From: a virus
IMG/VR virus record: IMGVR_UViG_3300027754_000047
Span: 1-64,000 of that record
Strand: one strand, 5' to 3'
DNA length: 64,000 nt
This document shows, piece by piece, positions 28,401 through 38,092 of the stretch. A model generated the notes under the pieces. It was not told the DNA's origin. It was given only the letters and a program-made list of their open reading frames with translations, and ran no database searches. Position numbers and translations under genes: made by a program. Numbering within the stretch: the first letter of the stretch is position 1; the number at the start of each line of letters is the position of its first letter.

Positions 28401-29557
28401 CAGGGTGTAGCTTTAGCTTTTTGGAGTGCATTATAGGCTTCTAGTAAATGTGATTGATCTGCCCCAAAAAATTGTTGCATATATTGCCCGTACCTTGAGC
28501 CGCCAATCTCTTTTGCTTGGTCAGCCATGCGCTTGCCTTTAGCCCAGAAGCCAGCATCAGCCGGTAGGCTTGGGTGGTTTGCATTATACTCATCGATAGC
28601 GGCTGGCCCTTCAAGCCCTACAGATGTAGCCATGTTGACTCCTGCTTGGACTGCGCCTTTCAAGGGAGCTACCCACGGAGCACTAGTCAAAATACCGAGA
28701 CCTTGCCTAGCTGTAGTATAGGCGTCACTAGGCAGCACACTGGAATGCATAGTTTTAGCAAAGCCTTGATCTACGGGATTGGTACCGCCTCCGTCCCACG
28801 CATAATACTTAGGATTAAGAGCATAGTGCTTAAGCGACTCGAAAGCAGAGCCAAAAGTACCTTTAACAGCTATTCTAGCGGCCTCAGATTGAGACATTCC
28901 TTGCTGTACTAGTTGAGTTTCTAGTTCTTGCCGACGTTTATCCATTAAGTCGTACCCGTTTGCAGCATGGTGAGCTAGATCATTTACGGCAACCGCTGAA
29001 GTAGCAGTAAGAGCAGGAGTAACTACTCTTTTAGTTATATTTCCTGCCCTTGAGGTCCCTGTTAGGTTCCTAACTCGACCTGAATGAGGGGCAAATACAA
29101 AACGACCTGGCGGAGTATTAGCAACAGCTCTGACCGGAGTAGCAGCAAGCCGACCTGCTCCTCTAACTAATCTGGAGCCAGCGCCTAATGTGCCAGCGAC
29201 TAACGCCAATGCTGCGGGAGTATTACTAGCTATTGCTGGGGCAGCCACTATTCCGCCTGCGGCTCCGCCGGCTAAGCCAGCAACCCCTGTAGACAGGGCG
29301 GCTGCATCTAACAGTTTATCGTTCTGGTATCGTAGGGGAACCTTATTCGTCCCAGGTGCAGCATTTCTAACTCTACGCACAGTATCTAACCAAGTAGAAT
29401 CATCAGCATAATCTGAACCAACTCGACCACCTGACCAATAGTTTGCAGCACCTGTAAAAGGTTCTGCCAATTGATTACCAAAAGTAGACCACCAACCAGG
29501 CTGCTCGGCGGCTTGCTTAAGAACTAGGTTAATTAAGTTGTTGGCGAGTTTAATCAA
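28400..29557 (-). CDS. Putative virion protein, N-domain paralogous to 39235-40668
   Basis: TTG start overlapping the RNAP stop; MIKLANNL...LKQAA leader; FGNQLAEPFTGAA domain. Confidence 0.7.
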   Translation of the reverse strand: MIKLANNLINLVLKQAAEQPGWWSTFGNQLAEPFTGAANYWSGGRVGSDYADDSTWLDTVRRVRNAAPGTNKVPLRYQNDKLLDAAALSTGVAGLAGGAAGGIVAAPAIASNTPAALALVAGTLGAGSRLVRGAGRLAATPVRAVANTPPGRFVFAPHSGRVRNLTGTSRAGNITKRVVTPALTATSAVAVNDLAHHAANGYDLMDKRRQELETQLVQQGMSQSEAARIAVKGTFGSAFESLKHYALNPKYYAWDGGGTNPVDQGFAKTMHSSVLPSDAYTTARQGLGILTSAPWVAPLKGAVQAGVNMATSVGLEGPAAIDEYNANHPSLPADAGFWAKGKRMADQAKEIGGSRYGQYMQQFFGADQSHLLEAYNALQKAKATP

Positions 29558-32500
29558 CCCACTCCTCCAACTATTTTGACGGTATCCGTTGCGTCTATTT
29601 CACCTCGGTTAAACGCTCTAATAACGTCATCCTTGGTACGGAAAGATTTTACGTTGTTCTTATCGGCACCCTTACGGCTGGCTAGGAATAGCCCATATAA
29701 GAACTCGTTCTTGATAAAGTTGTGAGCCTTCATAGTGGAAGCCGATAACAAGTTCCTACTAGGCAACATGCGGTCGTAAGCTTCCTTTACAGCCCCTGCA
29801 CTACTAGGTACGTGTAAACGCATCTGATCGCCGTCGAAGTCAGCATTAAAACCTACAACGACTGAAGGGCTCATGCGCATGGTATTACCTGTAGTTAATA
29901 CCGGCTTGGCTGCCATGAAGTTGTATTTGTGTAGTACCGGAGCTCGAGTAATGAGTACCGGCCTTTTTTCCATTTCATACAACAAAGCCCTACGAGCTGA
30001 GTCGGTCTTATTTTCTACTTGCTTCATGGCCTCAATAGGACTAGAGCCAGCAGCAGTAAGGGCTCTAATAATGTACGGCCTAAATACTGTAAATGCCATA
30101 TCTTCTGGTACCCCAACGTGGTCCATATCCATTGATGGATCAGGTGCAATAACGGCATTACCTACCCCTTCGACCGTAGAAGACAAGACCTTGCGTTGAA
30201 ACATACTAAACTTAGGATTGGAACCTAGCAAATGGCGAATTAAACCATTAACGTTCTTTTGCTTTAACTTAGCTGAAGCTGGATCGGTTAGGCCTACAGT
30301 AGCTTTGACCATACGGTAAAGGGCTAGTTGTTCTTTACCTGTAGAATCTGCACCTAGTTCAGTTTGCAGTTCCTTTAAGTTACTATTCATTGAATAGAGT
30401 TCTTTGTAAAGGAAGTTCATATCTGCCACCATCTGCATAGAGCCGGTGTCAGTAATAGGTCGGAATCTAGGAGGCAAGACCGGCATGGAGTCCCACAAGA
30501 ATTCCGATGGGTCTATTTTTCTTTTAGCCATTCCGTCTAGGTAGGCTAACTTAGTAATAGCATTAGATCGCTTTTGGCCTTTAGCTGTAGCCATTTCTTT
30601 CTTAGCTGCAGCCTGCTGGCTAGGAATGTCGTAGTTATGTAAGTAGGCAGTAAGGCCAGCCATACCCTTGATACCCTTAACGTCTTCGCCGCTGACTACA
30701 GCTTCGAAATCCTTTTGGGTCAAGCCAGTTAAGGATCTAACTGCATCCTCCATTACCGGGTTAACTACTTTAGCTGCTAAAGGAAAATGCCCGAAGGAAG
30801 ATTGGTTTACGCCGAAGATCTTCTCGTCAAAGAAGCCGCCATCTACAGCTTTGCCGGTACGGAAGTCTATATCTTTGGGGCTCTTTACTTCACCACCAGA
30901 CATAGCCTTAACGTCTGAATTGGTCATACCGTAGATGTTAATGATGCCGCCTTGGCGTTGAACGTTTACTCCAGCGCCCTTAAGTTGAGCTACGAACTTA
31001 TCCCAAACAAATGGTACGGCTACGTTGGGTACTGGAGTGCCAGCTTTAACTGCTCGCCAGTACTCGTCGTTCTTTTGCCCTCTGATAAGCCTAGCATCCT
31101 TAAGGACTTCTATAGCACCGTGGGCTAATAGGGAGTTAACATCTGCAATACCAATACGCTTAGCGCCTTCGGAGCCTCCCTTTACTGGGGCTTCTTCATT
31201 AGAGTACCCACCGGTATCTCGGCCGCTCAACTTGCCTTCTGCTTGATGGTGCAAGTTCATAAAGTAGCGAGTACCGGTAAAAACGTTATCTATATTCTTG
31301 TTGAGTCTCGGATCAAATATAGTTTCTGTGTCTGAAACTCTAGCTTTTTTAAGTTCGGCTTGAGCGAAGTCAATAAGGGATCCGTCGATGAAAGCTGGCA
31401 TTTTGTACGGTACGCCGGTCTGGGCTGCCAACTTCCCCAATGCCGCTTCAACGGCTTGTACAGGATTAACCCGAGTGACAAGAGCCAATGGATTATAGAT
31501 AACTTCATAAGCTGCTCCTGCCTTATCTTGAGGCATATCACTATCTTCTATTACCGCAGAGATAACACCTTTATCTCCGTAACGCCCTACTAGCTTATCA
31601 CCAGCTGTCATAGGCTTATAGGATTTAATAGCAACTTGCCAACCGGTTCGGGTTGGAGTCACGTCGGTAACTACTCCAGGCTGAGAGTGTTCCCAAGTTT
31701 GAGCCCTATTCGTAAAACTAGGTCGAGATTTCTTCACTAAACCAAAAGTGTCAGACTTACGTTCTCCTACCCCTAAGATAATAGGATCGCCTGGATTAAC
31801 AACCGTGCCTGGTTTAATTACTCCGGTGCTATCCATTTGCTTTAGTTGGTCTTTGGAGTACTGCCCAGGAAACAACGAGATAAACTTGTTGTAATCAGCA
31901 GTATAGTCGTCCTTGTTGTCATAACCTACAGTGTACATATGCTCTGAAGACATCTTCTTCGCAGCACTAGCGGAAACAACTACTCCGTCTTCGAAGTTGG
32001 AACCACCTAGTTCCTCGTCGCCCCAAATCATATATGCTACTTTGAGGTTCTTACCCATAGCTAGGGCACCATTAGCGTCAGTATAGTTAGACTTAGCTAA
32101 TAACTGACCAGGCTTAACCTGATCTCCTAGTTTAACTCCAGCAGTATTGTGTATGTAGGTGTTGTGTACTAGTAGACCGCAATCTACTGCAAACACTTGG
32201 CTGCTGGCGACTTCGAAGTCATAGACATAGGCGGCAGGTTCAGCCTTAGTAATACTTACTACTGTATCCCACATAACGTCAGAGTCTGCCCAAGGCTTAA
32301 GCACTCCGGATTTAATGCGGTGCCGTTGTATGTAGCTTCCAGCAGTAGCAGTCTTGTAAACCGAATGAGGGGTTGTTGCCCCAGTGCCGGCATATGCCAA
32401 GACCCTACTAGCCTGAGTAACAGGGATCCCGTCGAACGTAGCAGCCCTAAAACTAAGGGAGGTTAAACTATTTAGCTTTTCGTTTCGGTCCTGGTAGCAG

Positions 32501-35500
32501 AACCAGGCTGCTAGTCTATTAATGTGGCTAGAGATTACTCTCAGGCCATAACTAGGATTCCAAGCTGCATTTTGGTGGAGCTTAGTCTTTGGCAGTGTGC
32601 AGAATATTCCTAGAGAGGCCAAAATATCTACCAGTCTATCTCTCATTAACAAACTAGCAGTCCAAGCTTGTAGCTGTACGGCTCCATTAGTATCTGAGTG
32701 TAAGCAACCATCTCCAGACATGTAGCCTTGGATTAGGCCCTTACGAAACTCTACTGAGCGGAGCATAGTTTGCTCAGAGGGAGCCTTAGCGCCACTACCG
32801 TGTCCAAACTCTTGCCGCAGCCAAGTAGCGGTTTGCTTACAGGTAAAAGAGGCTTTACCTGTACTAACAGCATTGACGTGAACTTTAAACCCAAGTGTAG
32901 TCAAAAGGATATTAAGCTCTGCTTGCCGAGCTGCTGGTTGAGCGGCCAGTACTACTAAGTTTGGCTGACTTGCAGGTATGTGGCCCTCTGCTAAGTATAA
33001 TCCTGCCAATAAGCCCCAAGCATGAGTATCGTGATCCATGGTGCTGCAGGCGCCTAAGGTCATTCCTACTACAGGCAGTCGAGTTACGCCTACCTCACAG
33101 TCAGCTGGATATATGGGCACTAACTCTCCGGAGTCTCCTAGCGTAACTAAGGAGTGATCCTCAGTAGTAACCACTTGACGGCCAGATAGTGTAGTAGTCA
33201 GCACCAGGCGCTTAGTGTTAGGGATCTTAGCAAACCCTGTGATAGGCTCCCAAGCTGCCGCCTTAGTGTCCAGATTAATGGATCTTATTAGATCCCCTGA
33301 CTCTTGCTGATAGTCTTGGGCGGCTACTTGCTGAATTACTCCAGTTGCTCGTTTGATCCAAACTTTGGTAGCTCCGGCAACACACTTACGGTTAAAAGGA
33401 AAGTTGTTGTACAATTCGTACCGCTTCTTATCCTTGCCGTGCTTAACCTCAATGTAGTCTGCTGTTACATCGGTAACCAAACCTGCACCTAAAGCCGCAT
33501 CTGCTCTTACAGCACCTAAATAGGCTGATACTCCATCTTCGAAAGATTTACCTTCAGCATCGTTGGGATCCAGAGCTTGCACTAATGGTGCTTCTGCTTG
33601 CTGTAAAGGTAACGCTTGAGTGAAGTACTTTGAACCCATTAATAAGCGGCCACCCTTAATACCGGAAATACCAGGTACTAGGTTGGAGTTTAAATTAAAC
33701 ATGTTGGCATAGCTTGGTACCTCGTACTGTACAGCCTCAGGCTCTACGTAAGAGATCTTACCATTAACCATAGCTCGTACTGGGTCGCCGGTTCGTAAAG
33801 CCCTAGCAAGCTCGCCTGGAAAAGCTACAACAGCATCGGTAACAGTTCTAGCAGGTATTTGTTCAATCTTACCTGTTTGGATATTCTTCATCTTAGAGTA
33901 GATCTGGCCGTCAGAACCCTTTAAAGCTCCAATGGTTAATCTAAGATCTACACCTACTTGAGAAGATTCTGGAGTGCGTACTGGATCAATAAAGCCTAAG
34001 TGACTTGGTTGAACGGAGCGGGTATCTACAGGAATACCGTGGGCAGCAGAACCAATACCACCTTCGCCGGTGCGAATGACTCTAAGGTTCTGATCCAGAA
34101 TTTCCATTGGATTAACTTCTTCAATGGGCGCACCTAAACCCGAACCCATTAACACTCCACTAAGTACCGGAGTAAACACGCCGTTTCTAAATGCTTGTAA
34201 ATTGCCTTTATTGGTAGCCTTAAAAAGGGCACCACGTAAAGCACCTCCAGCATCTTTAACTATTCGCTCTGCAAAGAAATCCTCAGGGCCATAGAAACGT
34301 TGATAAGTTAAGGCATCGCGATCATCTACATCTTCGCTGCCCTTTTGAGCATTCAAAACCTTTTGACTAGCTCTTAGTAAGGTGCTGCCGGTAACTCTAG
34401 TTAAGTCTTCTTCGTTTAACTGAATGTGATCATTGCTTGCCTCAAAGTTAAACATAGGCTCAGTTGATTTAACTGGATCCATTAAACCGTTTAAATCGTC
34501 AAAGCCTGCTACCTTTACTCCGACAGCTAATCTAAAGCCACCTGTAGGCTTAGGATCTAATAATAAACTGCGGCGAAACTGCTCTAGTTCCGGACAATCA
34601 ATATCGATGCACCATTCTCCGTTATTAGGAGGTAAGACCTGGCGAACAATATAAGTGAAGCGCCGGCCATTACCGCAAGTAGCTTCAAACTTAGACTTAA
34701 AAAGCTTCTTTAGCTTTTTAATTTCTTCAGAAGTAATTACCACTAAACGGCCTTTGTCTTCTACTGGCGAGATACCTGGAGCATTATCTCCGTCTCTTAA
34801 AGCGTAGTAGACTCCGGTAACCATACCTGCAGGTACGGTGATATAACCTTCGGATTCTAATTTAAGGGTACCCCTCATAGGCACCGCTGCAGTCTTAACG
34901 CGAGCTCCTAAAGTTCTAGCTACTACTTCTTTATTAAGCTCAGTGTTATATAGGGCTGTACGAATACCTTCATACAGGTCAGGCTCACTTATGCCACTAG
35001 ATGGATTACTAGTAAGCCGCTCATATATACGAGCAGCATCATAAGGAGATGATGCTCTATTGTTAGCAAAAATCTCTTTGCCCCAGCTACGCTCAAGTAC
35101 CTCGTCTGGTACTCCGTAAGCCTTAAGCATAGGATATAGTGGCGCAACTGATTGACCAATTTCGGTAACAAACTTACCGGTATCTGGCATGAAGGCAACT
35201 CTAAAGCCTCGACCCTTACCCGGTAAGGTATTAAAGTGAGCTTCGTATTCACCCGACTTACGCTTACGTACATAAGCGCCGGGCAACAACCTAGCTTGAT
35301 TGGCTACAGTGTATTCGCTGCCTGCGTTTATAAAAGTGCCTCTGTTGGTTAAGTAAGGCACTCGAGCTAAAGTTAATGATCTATCTGTCTTATCTAGTAC
35401 AGCTCCGGTGGCTATATCTCGCATAACCAGCTTACCCTTTAACGGGTAATACAAACTTTGATTCTGCATCAAGGCTTGCTGTTGCTCTTTTAAACTGTAA

Positions 35501-35691
35501 TCTTCCGACTTACCATAACGCAAGTCAGTCAACTCCACTCTGTAGCGGGTATTTTGTAAAGGAAACTTAGCTGCTACTGCAGTAAAAACATTATCAAAGA
35601 TGTTTTTACGTGTAGCTGTGTAGTCGCTAAAGCCTCTAAGAGTTGGAGCTTGTGGTTGGATTAGGGCGTTTAAATCGTCCTCAGTAGCCAT
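29554..35691 (-). CDS. Phage multisubunit-type RNA polymerase: beta fused to the N-terminal (catalytic) part of beta', intein-containing
   Basis: Beta motifs VPYLTNRGTFI, SHLGFIDPVRTPES, LMGS...QALPL, GKNLKVAYM, NFEDG, GDKLVGRYGDKGVIS and LHHQAEGK. Beta' motifs GFFDEKIFG, FGHFPL, PVLPPRFRP, PVLITRAPVLH and the catalytic FNADFDGDQM. Confidence 0.93.
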   Translation of the reverse strand: MATEDDLNALIQPQAPTLRGFSDYTATRKNIFDNVFTAVAAKFPLQNTRYRVELTDLRYGKSEDYSLKEQQQALMQNQSLYYPLKGKLVMRDIATGAVLDKTDRSLTLARVPYLTNRGTFINAGSEYTVANQARLLPGAYVRKRKSGEYEAHFNTLPGKGRGFRVAFMPDTGKFVTEIGQSVAPLYPMLKAYGVPDEVLERSWGKEIFANNRASSPYDAARIYERLTSNPSSGISEPDLYEGIRTALYNTELNKEVVARTLGARVKTAAVPMRGTLKLESEGYITVPAGMVTGVYYALRDGDNAPGISPVEDKGRLVVITSEEIKKLKKLFKSKFEATCGNGRRFTYIVRQVLPPNNGEWCIDIDCPELEQFRRSLLLDPKPTGGFRLAVGVKVAGFDDLNGLMDPVKSTEPMFNFEASNDHIQLNEEDLTRVTGSTLLRASQKVLNAQKGSEDVDDRDALTYQRFYGPEDFFAERIVKDAGGALRGALFKATNKGNLQAFRNGVFTPVLSGVLMGSGLGAPIEEVNPMEILDQNLRVIRTGEGGIGSAAHGIPVDTRSVQPSHLGFIDPVRTPESSQVGVDLRLTIGALKGSDGQIYSKMKNIQTGKIEQIPARTVTDAVVAFPGELARALRTGDPVRAMVNGKISYVEPEAVQYEVPSYANMFNLNSNLVPGISGIKGGRLLMGSKYFTQALPLQQAEAPLVQALDPNDAEGKSFEDGVSAYLGAVRADAALGAGLVTDVTADYIEVKHGKDKKRYELYNNFPFNRKCVAGATKVWIKRATGVIQQVAAQDYQQESGDLIRSINLDTKAAAWEPITGFAKIPNTKRLVLTTTLSGRQVVTTEDHSLVTLGDSGELVPIYPADCEVGVTRLPVVGMTLGACSTMDHDTHAWGLLAGLYLAEGHIPASQPNLVVLAAQPAARQAELNILLTTLGFKVHVNAVSTGKASFTCKQTATWLRQEFGHGSGAKAPSEQTMLRSVEFRKGLIQGYMSGDGCLHSDTNGAVQLQAWTASLLMRDRLVDILASLGIFCTLPKTKLHQNAAWNPSYGLRVISSHINRLAAWFCYQDRNEKLNSLTSLSFRAATFDGIPVTQASRVLAYAGTGATTPHSVYKTATAGSYIQRHRIKSGVLKPWADSDVMWDTVVSITKAEPAAYVYDFEVASSQVFAVDCGLLVHNTYIHNTAGVKLGDQVKPGQLLAKSNYTDANGALAMGKNLKVAYMIWGDEELGGSNFEDGVVVSASAAKKMSSEHMYTVGYDNKDDYTADYNKFISLFPGQYSKDQLKQMDSTGVIKPGTVVNPGDPIILGVGERKSDTFGLVKKSRPSFTNRAQTWEHSQPGVVTDVTPTRTGWQVAIKSYKPMTAGDKLVGRYGDKGVISAVIEDSDMPQDKAGAAYEVIYNPLALVTRVNPVQAVEAALGKLAAQTGVPYKMPAFIDGSLIDFAQAELKKARVSDTETIFDPRLNKNIDNVFTGTRYFMNLHHQAEGKLSGRDTGGYSNEEAPVKGGSEGAKRIGIADVNSLLAHGAIEVLKDARLIRGQKNDEYWRAVKAGTPVPNVAVPFVWDKFVAQLKGAGVNVQRQGGIINIYGMTNSDVKAMSGGEVKSPKDIDFRTGKAVDGGFFDEKIFGVNQSSFGHFPLAAKVVNPVMEDAVRSLTGLTQKDFEAVVSGEDVKGIKGMAGLTAYLHNYDIPSQQAAAKKEMATAKGQKRSNAITKLAYLDGMAKRKIDPSEFLWDSMPVLPPRFRPITDTGSMQMVADMNFLYKELYSMNSNLKELQTELGADSTGKEQLALYRMVKATVGLTDPASAKLKQKNVNGLIRHLLGSNPKFSMFQRKVLSSTVEGVGNAVIAPDPSMDMDHVGVPEDMAFTVFRPYIIRALTAAGSSPIEAMKQVENKTDSARRALLYEMEKRPVLITRAPVLHKYNFMAAKPVLTTGNTMRMSPSVVVGFNADFDGDQMRLHVPSSAGAVKEAYDRMLPSRNLLSASTMKAHNFIKNEFLYGLFLASRKGADKNNVKSFRTKDDVIRAFNRGEIDATDTVKIVGGVG
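32161..33384 (-). mobile_element. Intein (408 aa) with a LAGLIDADG endonuclease in the RNAP beta region
   Basis: N-terminal C (FNRK|CVAG), block B TTEDH, LAGLYLAEG and GYMSGDG, block F VYDFEV, terminal HN followed by Thr +1. Confidence 0.92.
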
Positions 35692-35702
35692 AAGGAATTA
35701 AC

Positions 35703-36557
35703 TCAAATCTCTACGATTTTATTTCCATTTGCATCTACTCTAATACCTACTCCGGACTCTAACGCAGTTGCACTTAAGTTCTTCTTAAGAATAGATTTAA
35801 GCGCTTTAACCTTTTTCTGCTCTACGTCATTCTCATTACGTCTACTCATTAAATAGCTAGTTAATGCTGCTAGGCCGGTGGCAGAGCCTAAAAGCCAAGC
35901 TGCACCAGGCACACTGACAGCTGGCCCATAATGGGTGTCTACTTCCCCTCCTATGTTGGTGTAAGGTGGACTAACAAGGGTGCCTTCGGATCTTTCTAGC
36001 TCTAGGTTATCGCCCCCCATCGAACTAGGCACAATTCCTGCTTGCTTGCGACTTAAATACAAATCATCTAATTGGCTTTGTAATGCAGATGTCTTTTCAG
36101 ACAACGCAGTTTCAAACTCTTGTTTAGCCTCGGCAAGGGTATTGTCTAGTTTATTTTTTCTATTACGATCAATATATTTCTTAGTAAAGTGGTAAGCTAA
36201 GAATCCGGGAGGCAAAACAGCTAACGGAGCCAACAACCCCCAAGTCAATGCATCACCGTAGCCTGCTGTTTTTGCTTGAATTGATTCTAGTTCAGGCTCT
36301 GCTGCTTCCAGTTCAGCCGGAGTTACTCCGGAGGCGGCTAGTAGCTTAGCTCTAACTGATTCCATTTCCCCAGGTGCAACATACTCGTCATTAACGTGGC
36401 GAGCTAAACCATAAAGCCCGGCAATACCTGCTCCTGTTAAAGCACTAATACCTGCCCAACGTAATAGTTCGTTAGCATTTACGCCTGCAGTCTTGGTAAC
36501 AGCTTTAGCTTGAGCCGCAGCCCATAAAGTAGGATTGGTAGGTGTATTTTGAGCCAT
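35703..36557 (-). CDS. Putative virion protein with hydrophobic helices and repeated K-x-A motifs
   Basis: KTAG twice and KQAG precede the hydrophobic domains. Confidence 0.7.
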   Translation of the reverse strand: MAQNTPTNPTLWAAAQAKAVTKTAGVNANELLRWAGISALTGAGIAGLYGLARHVNDEYVAPGEMESVRAKLLAASGVTPAELEAAEPELESIQAKTAGYGDALTWGLLAPLAVLPPGFLAYHFTKKYIDRNRKNKLDNTLAEAKQEFETALSEKTSALQSQLDDLYLSRKQAGIVPSSMGGDNLELERSEGTLVSPPYTNIGGEVDTHYGPAVSVPGAAWLLGSATGLAALTSYLMSRRNENDVEQKKVKALKSILKKNLSATALESGVGIRVDANGNKIVEI

Positions 36558-36611
36558 CTTATTTTACTCTACTAATAAAGTACATTACTCTTAAATATAC
36601 ATCGTTGCTAC

Positions 36612-37277
36612 TCAGTAACCGACCGTGCCGCCTGGCGGCATATTCATACTAGGTAGAATTGATTCTAAAAGTCCAGGTTCAGCAGGTTTAGCAGGTTCAG
36701 CAGGTTCAGCAGCGTAGCGATCGCCTAACATCTTAGCTCCAATACCTAAGCCGCCTCCAAGTAACGCATACAGGAGTGCGTTGCGTTTGCGGTTTTTTGG
36801 ACCAGATAGTAAGGCAGCTAAACCGCCGCCCAGTAATGCACCTCCGCCGCCATAGAGCGCCATATTGCTTGTGGAGCTGCTAGTAGGGTTTAAATAGCCT
36901 CGTAAGCTAGCTCGCCCAGCAGCTTCTTCCTCTTTAGTTTTAGCTGCGGCTGCGGCTGCTTCACCTTTAGTTTTAGCTGCGGCTGCGGCTGCTTCATCTT
37001 TCTCTCTAGTTGCTATTGCGGCGTTTTGTGCTGCGGTGATAGGGGCGAAAGCTTTTTGACGGGCAGCCTCTCTCTCTACTTCCCGTGCAGCCTCGTTTCT
37101 TATTTTGGCCTGGTCGTTTAGGGTTTTGCCTGGATTCTGTATTCTTTGAATTTCCGCTCTTTGAGCCTCTAGTATTGGATCTGTTGCATTTCCTTCTGGG
37201 CTAAACTGCTCAAGTGTCGGCGAGCCTAATCGGCGAGCGTACTTGGTAATTAAAGCATTTTGTAATCTAATATCCAT
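36612..37277 (-). CDS. Glycine-zipper putative virion protein
   Basis: MDIRL leader, EAAAAAAKTK tandem, GGGGALLGGGLAALL-GPKNRKRN-ALLYALLGGGLG. Confidence 0.7.
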   Translation of the reverse strand: MDIRLQNALITKYARRLGSPTLEQFSPEGNATDPILEAQRAEIQRIQNPGKTLNDQAKIRNEAAREVEREAARQKAFAPITAAQNAAIATREKDEAAAAAAKTKGEAAAAAAKTKEEEAAGRASLRGYLNPTSSSTSNMALYGGGGALLGGGLAALLSGPKNRKRNALLYALLGGGLGIGAKMLGDRYAAEPAEPAKPAEPGLLESILPSMNMPPGGTVGY

Positions 37278-37287
37278 ATTATTTTCC

Positions 37288-37668
37288 TTATACTCCTACC
37301 GGTTGTTGAGTAGGCATTTGCAGTATGTCCATGTCATACAAGTGTAAATGTAATTCTTCTGCAGGCACCTGAATCACGGCAAAATACCTGACCCAAGTAA
37401 TCCAGTTCTGCTCAGGTGCTACCCACTCGACTGTTTCACTAAACTCACACCAGCCTCGATCCCGCCACTTACATAAAACGTCAATAAGCTTATTATAGCT
37501 AATTAAACAATCGGGTTCCCAAAGCTTAAACTGCTTAGAGTTAAAGAAGGGGGTATCTTGGGCTTTACTACTTTCTGGGTCTGTATCTTTATAGATAGGC
37601 TGAGTGGTTCCGTAAAACGGAGGATCACTAATACCTACATGTTTAAAACTAAATTCATCGTTAATCAC
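37288..37668 (-). CDS. Hypothetical protein
   Basis: ORF within the cluster. Confidence 0.6.
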   Translation of the reverse strand: MINDEFSFKHVGISDPPFYGTTQPIYKDTDPESSKAQDTPFFNSKQFKLWEPDCLISYNKLIDVLCKWRDRGWCEFSETVEWVAPEQNWITWVRYFAVIQVPAEELHLHLYDMDILQMPTQQPVGV

Positions 37669-37688
37669 TTAATAGCCTTTTAATTCAT

Positions 37689-38051
37689 TTAGTCTACTGG
37701 GCGCTTGACTTGGTCTTTAGCGTTGCGGTATTTAGCAATCAATTGAATCTTCTTTACCTCGCCTAACGGATCATCCTCATCCCCAAGTATATCTCCAGTA
37801 GGGTCTAAAGCACCTTCTACTTGACCCATACCTTTAGCCGCTAAGCCTCCTGCTAAAGCACCACCGGCTAATAAAGTTAAGGCTGCTGTAGCTCCAACCC
37901 AGCCTACGCTTTTACCTATAATTTTTAAGGCACCCATAGCGTCTGCTTGCTTTTGAGGCAACGCAGCCAATAACTCCGACGGAGTATAGCCTAATTCGGC
38001 GGCTTTAGTACAAAAGCCTAATCTAAAAGATTGTAATTCCAAATCAACCAT
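37689..38051 (-). CDS. Glycine-zipper putative virion protein
   Basis: FRLGFCTKAAE, KQAD, LLAGGALAGGLA. Confidence 0.7.
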   Translation of the reverse strand: MVDLELQSFRLGFCTKAAELGYTPSELLAALPQKQADAMGALKIIGKSVGWVGATAALTLLAGGALAGGLAAKGMGQVEGALDPTGDILGDEDDPLGEVKKIQLIAKYRNAKDQVKRPVD

Positions 38052-38092
38052 AATTACAGTTCCTTAAAAATAAGATTCTACCAAAAGTACTA

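Noticed and set aside
29554-35691. Cellular rpoBC locus
   Set aside because: The gene is too compact and divergent, beta' is truncated, there are no ribosomal-protein neighbours, and the context is phage-like.
36670-36995. Short tandem repeats (EPA/KPA; EAAAAAAKTK twice)
   Set aside because: Ordinary in-frame low-complexity linker expansions.
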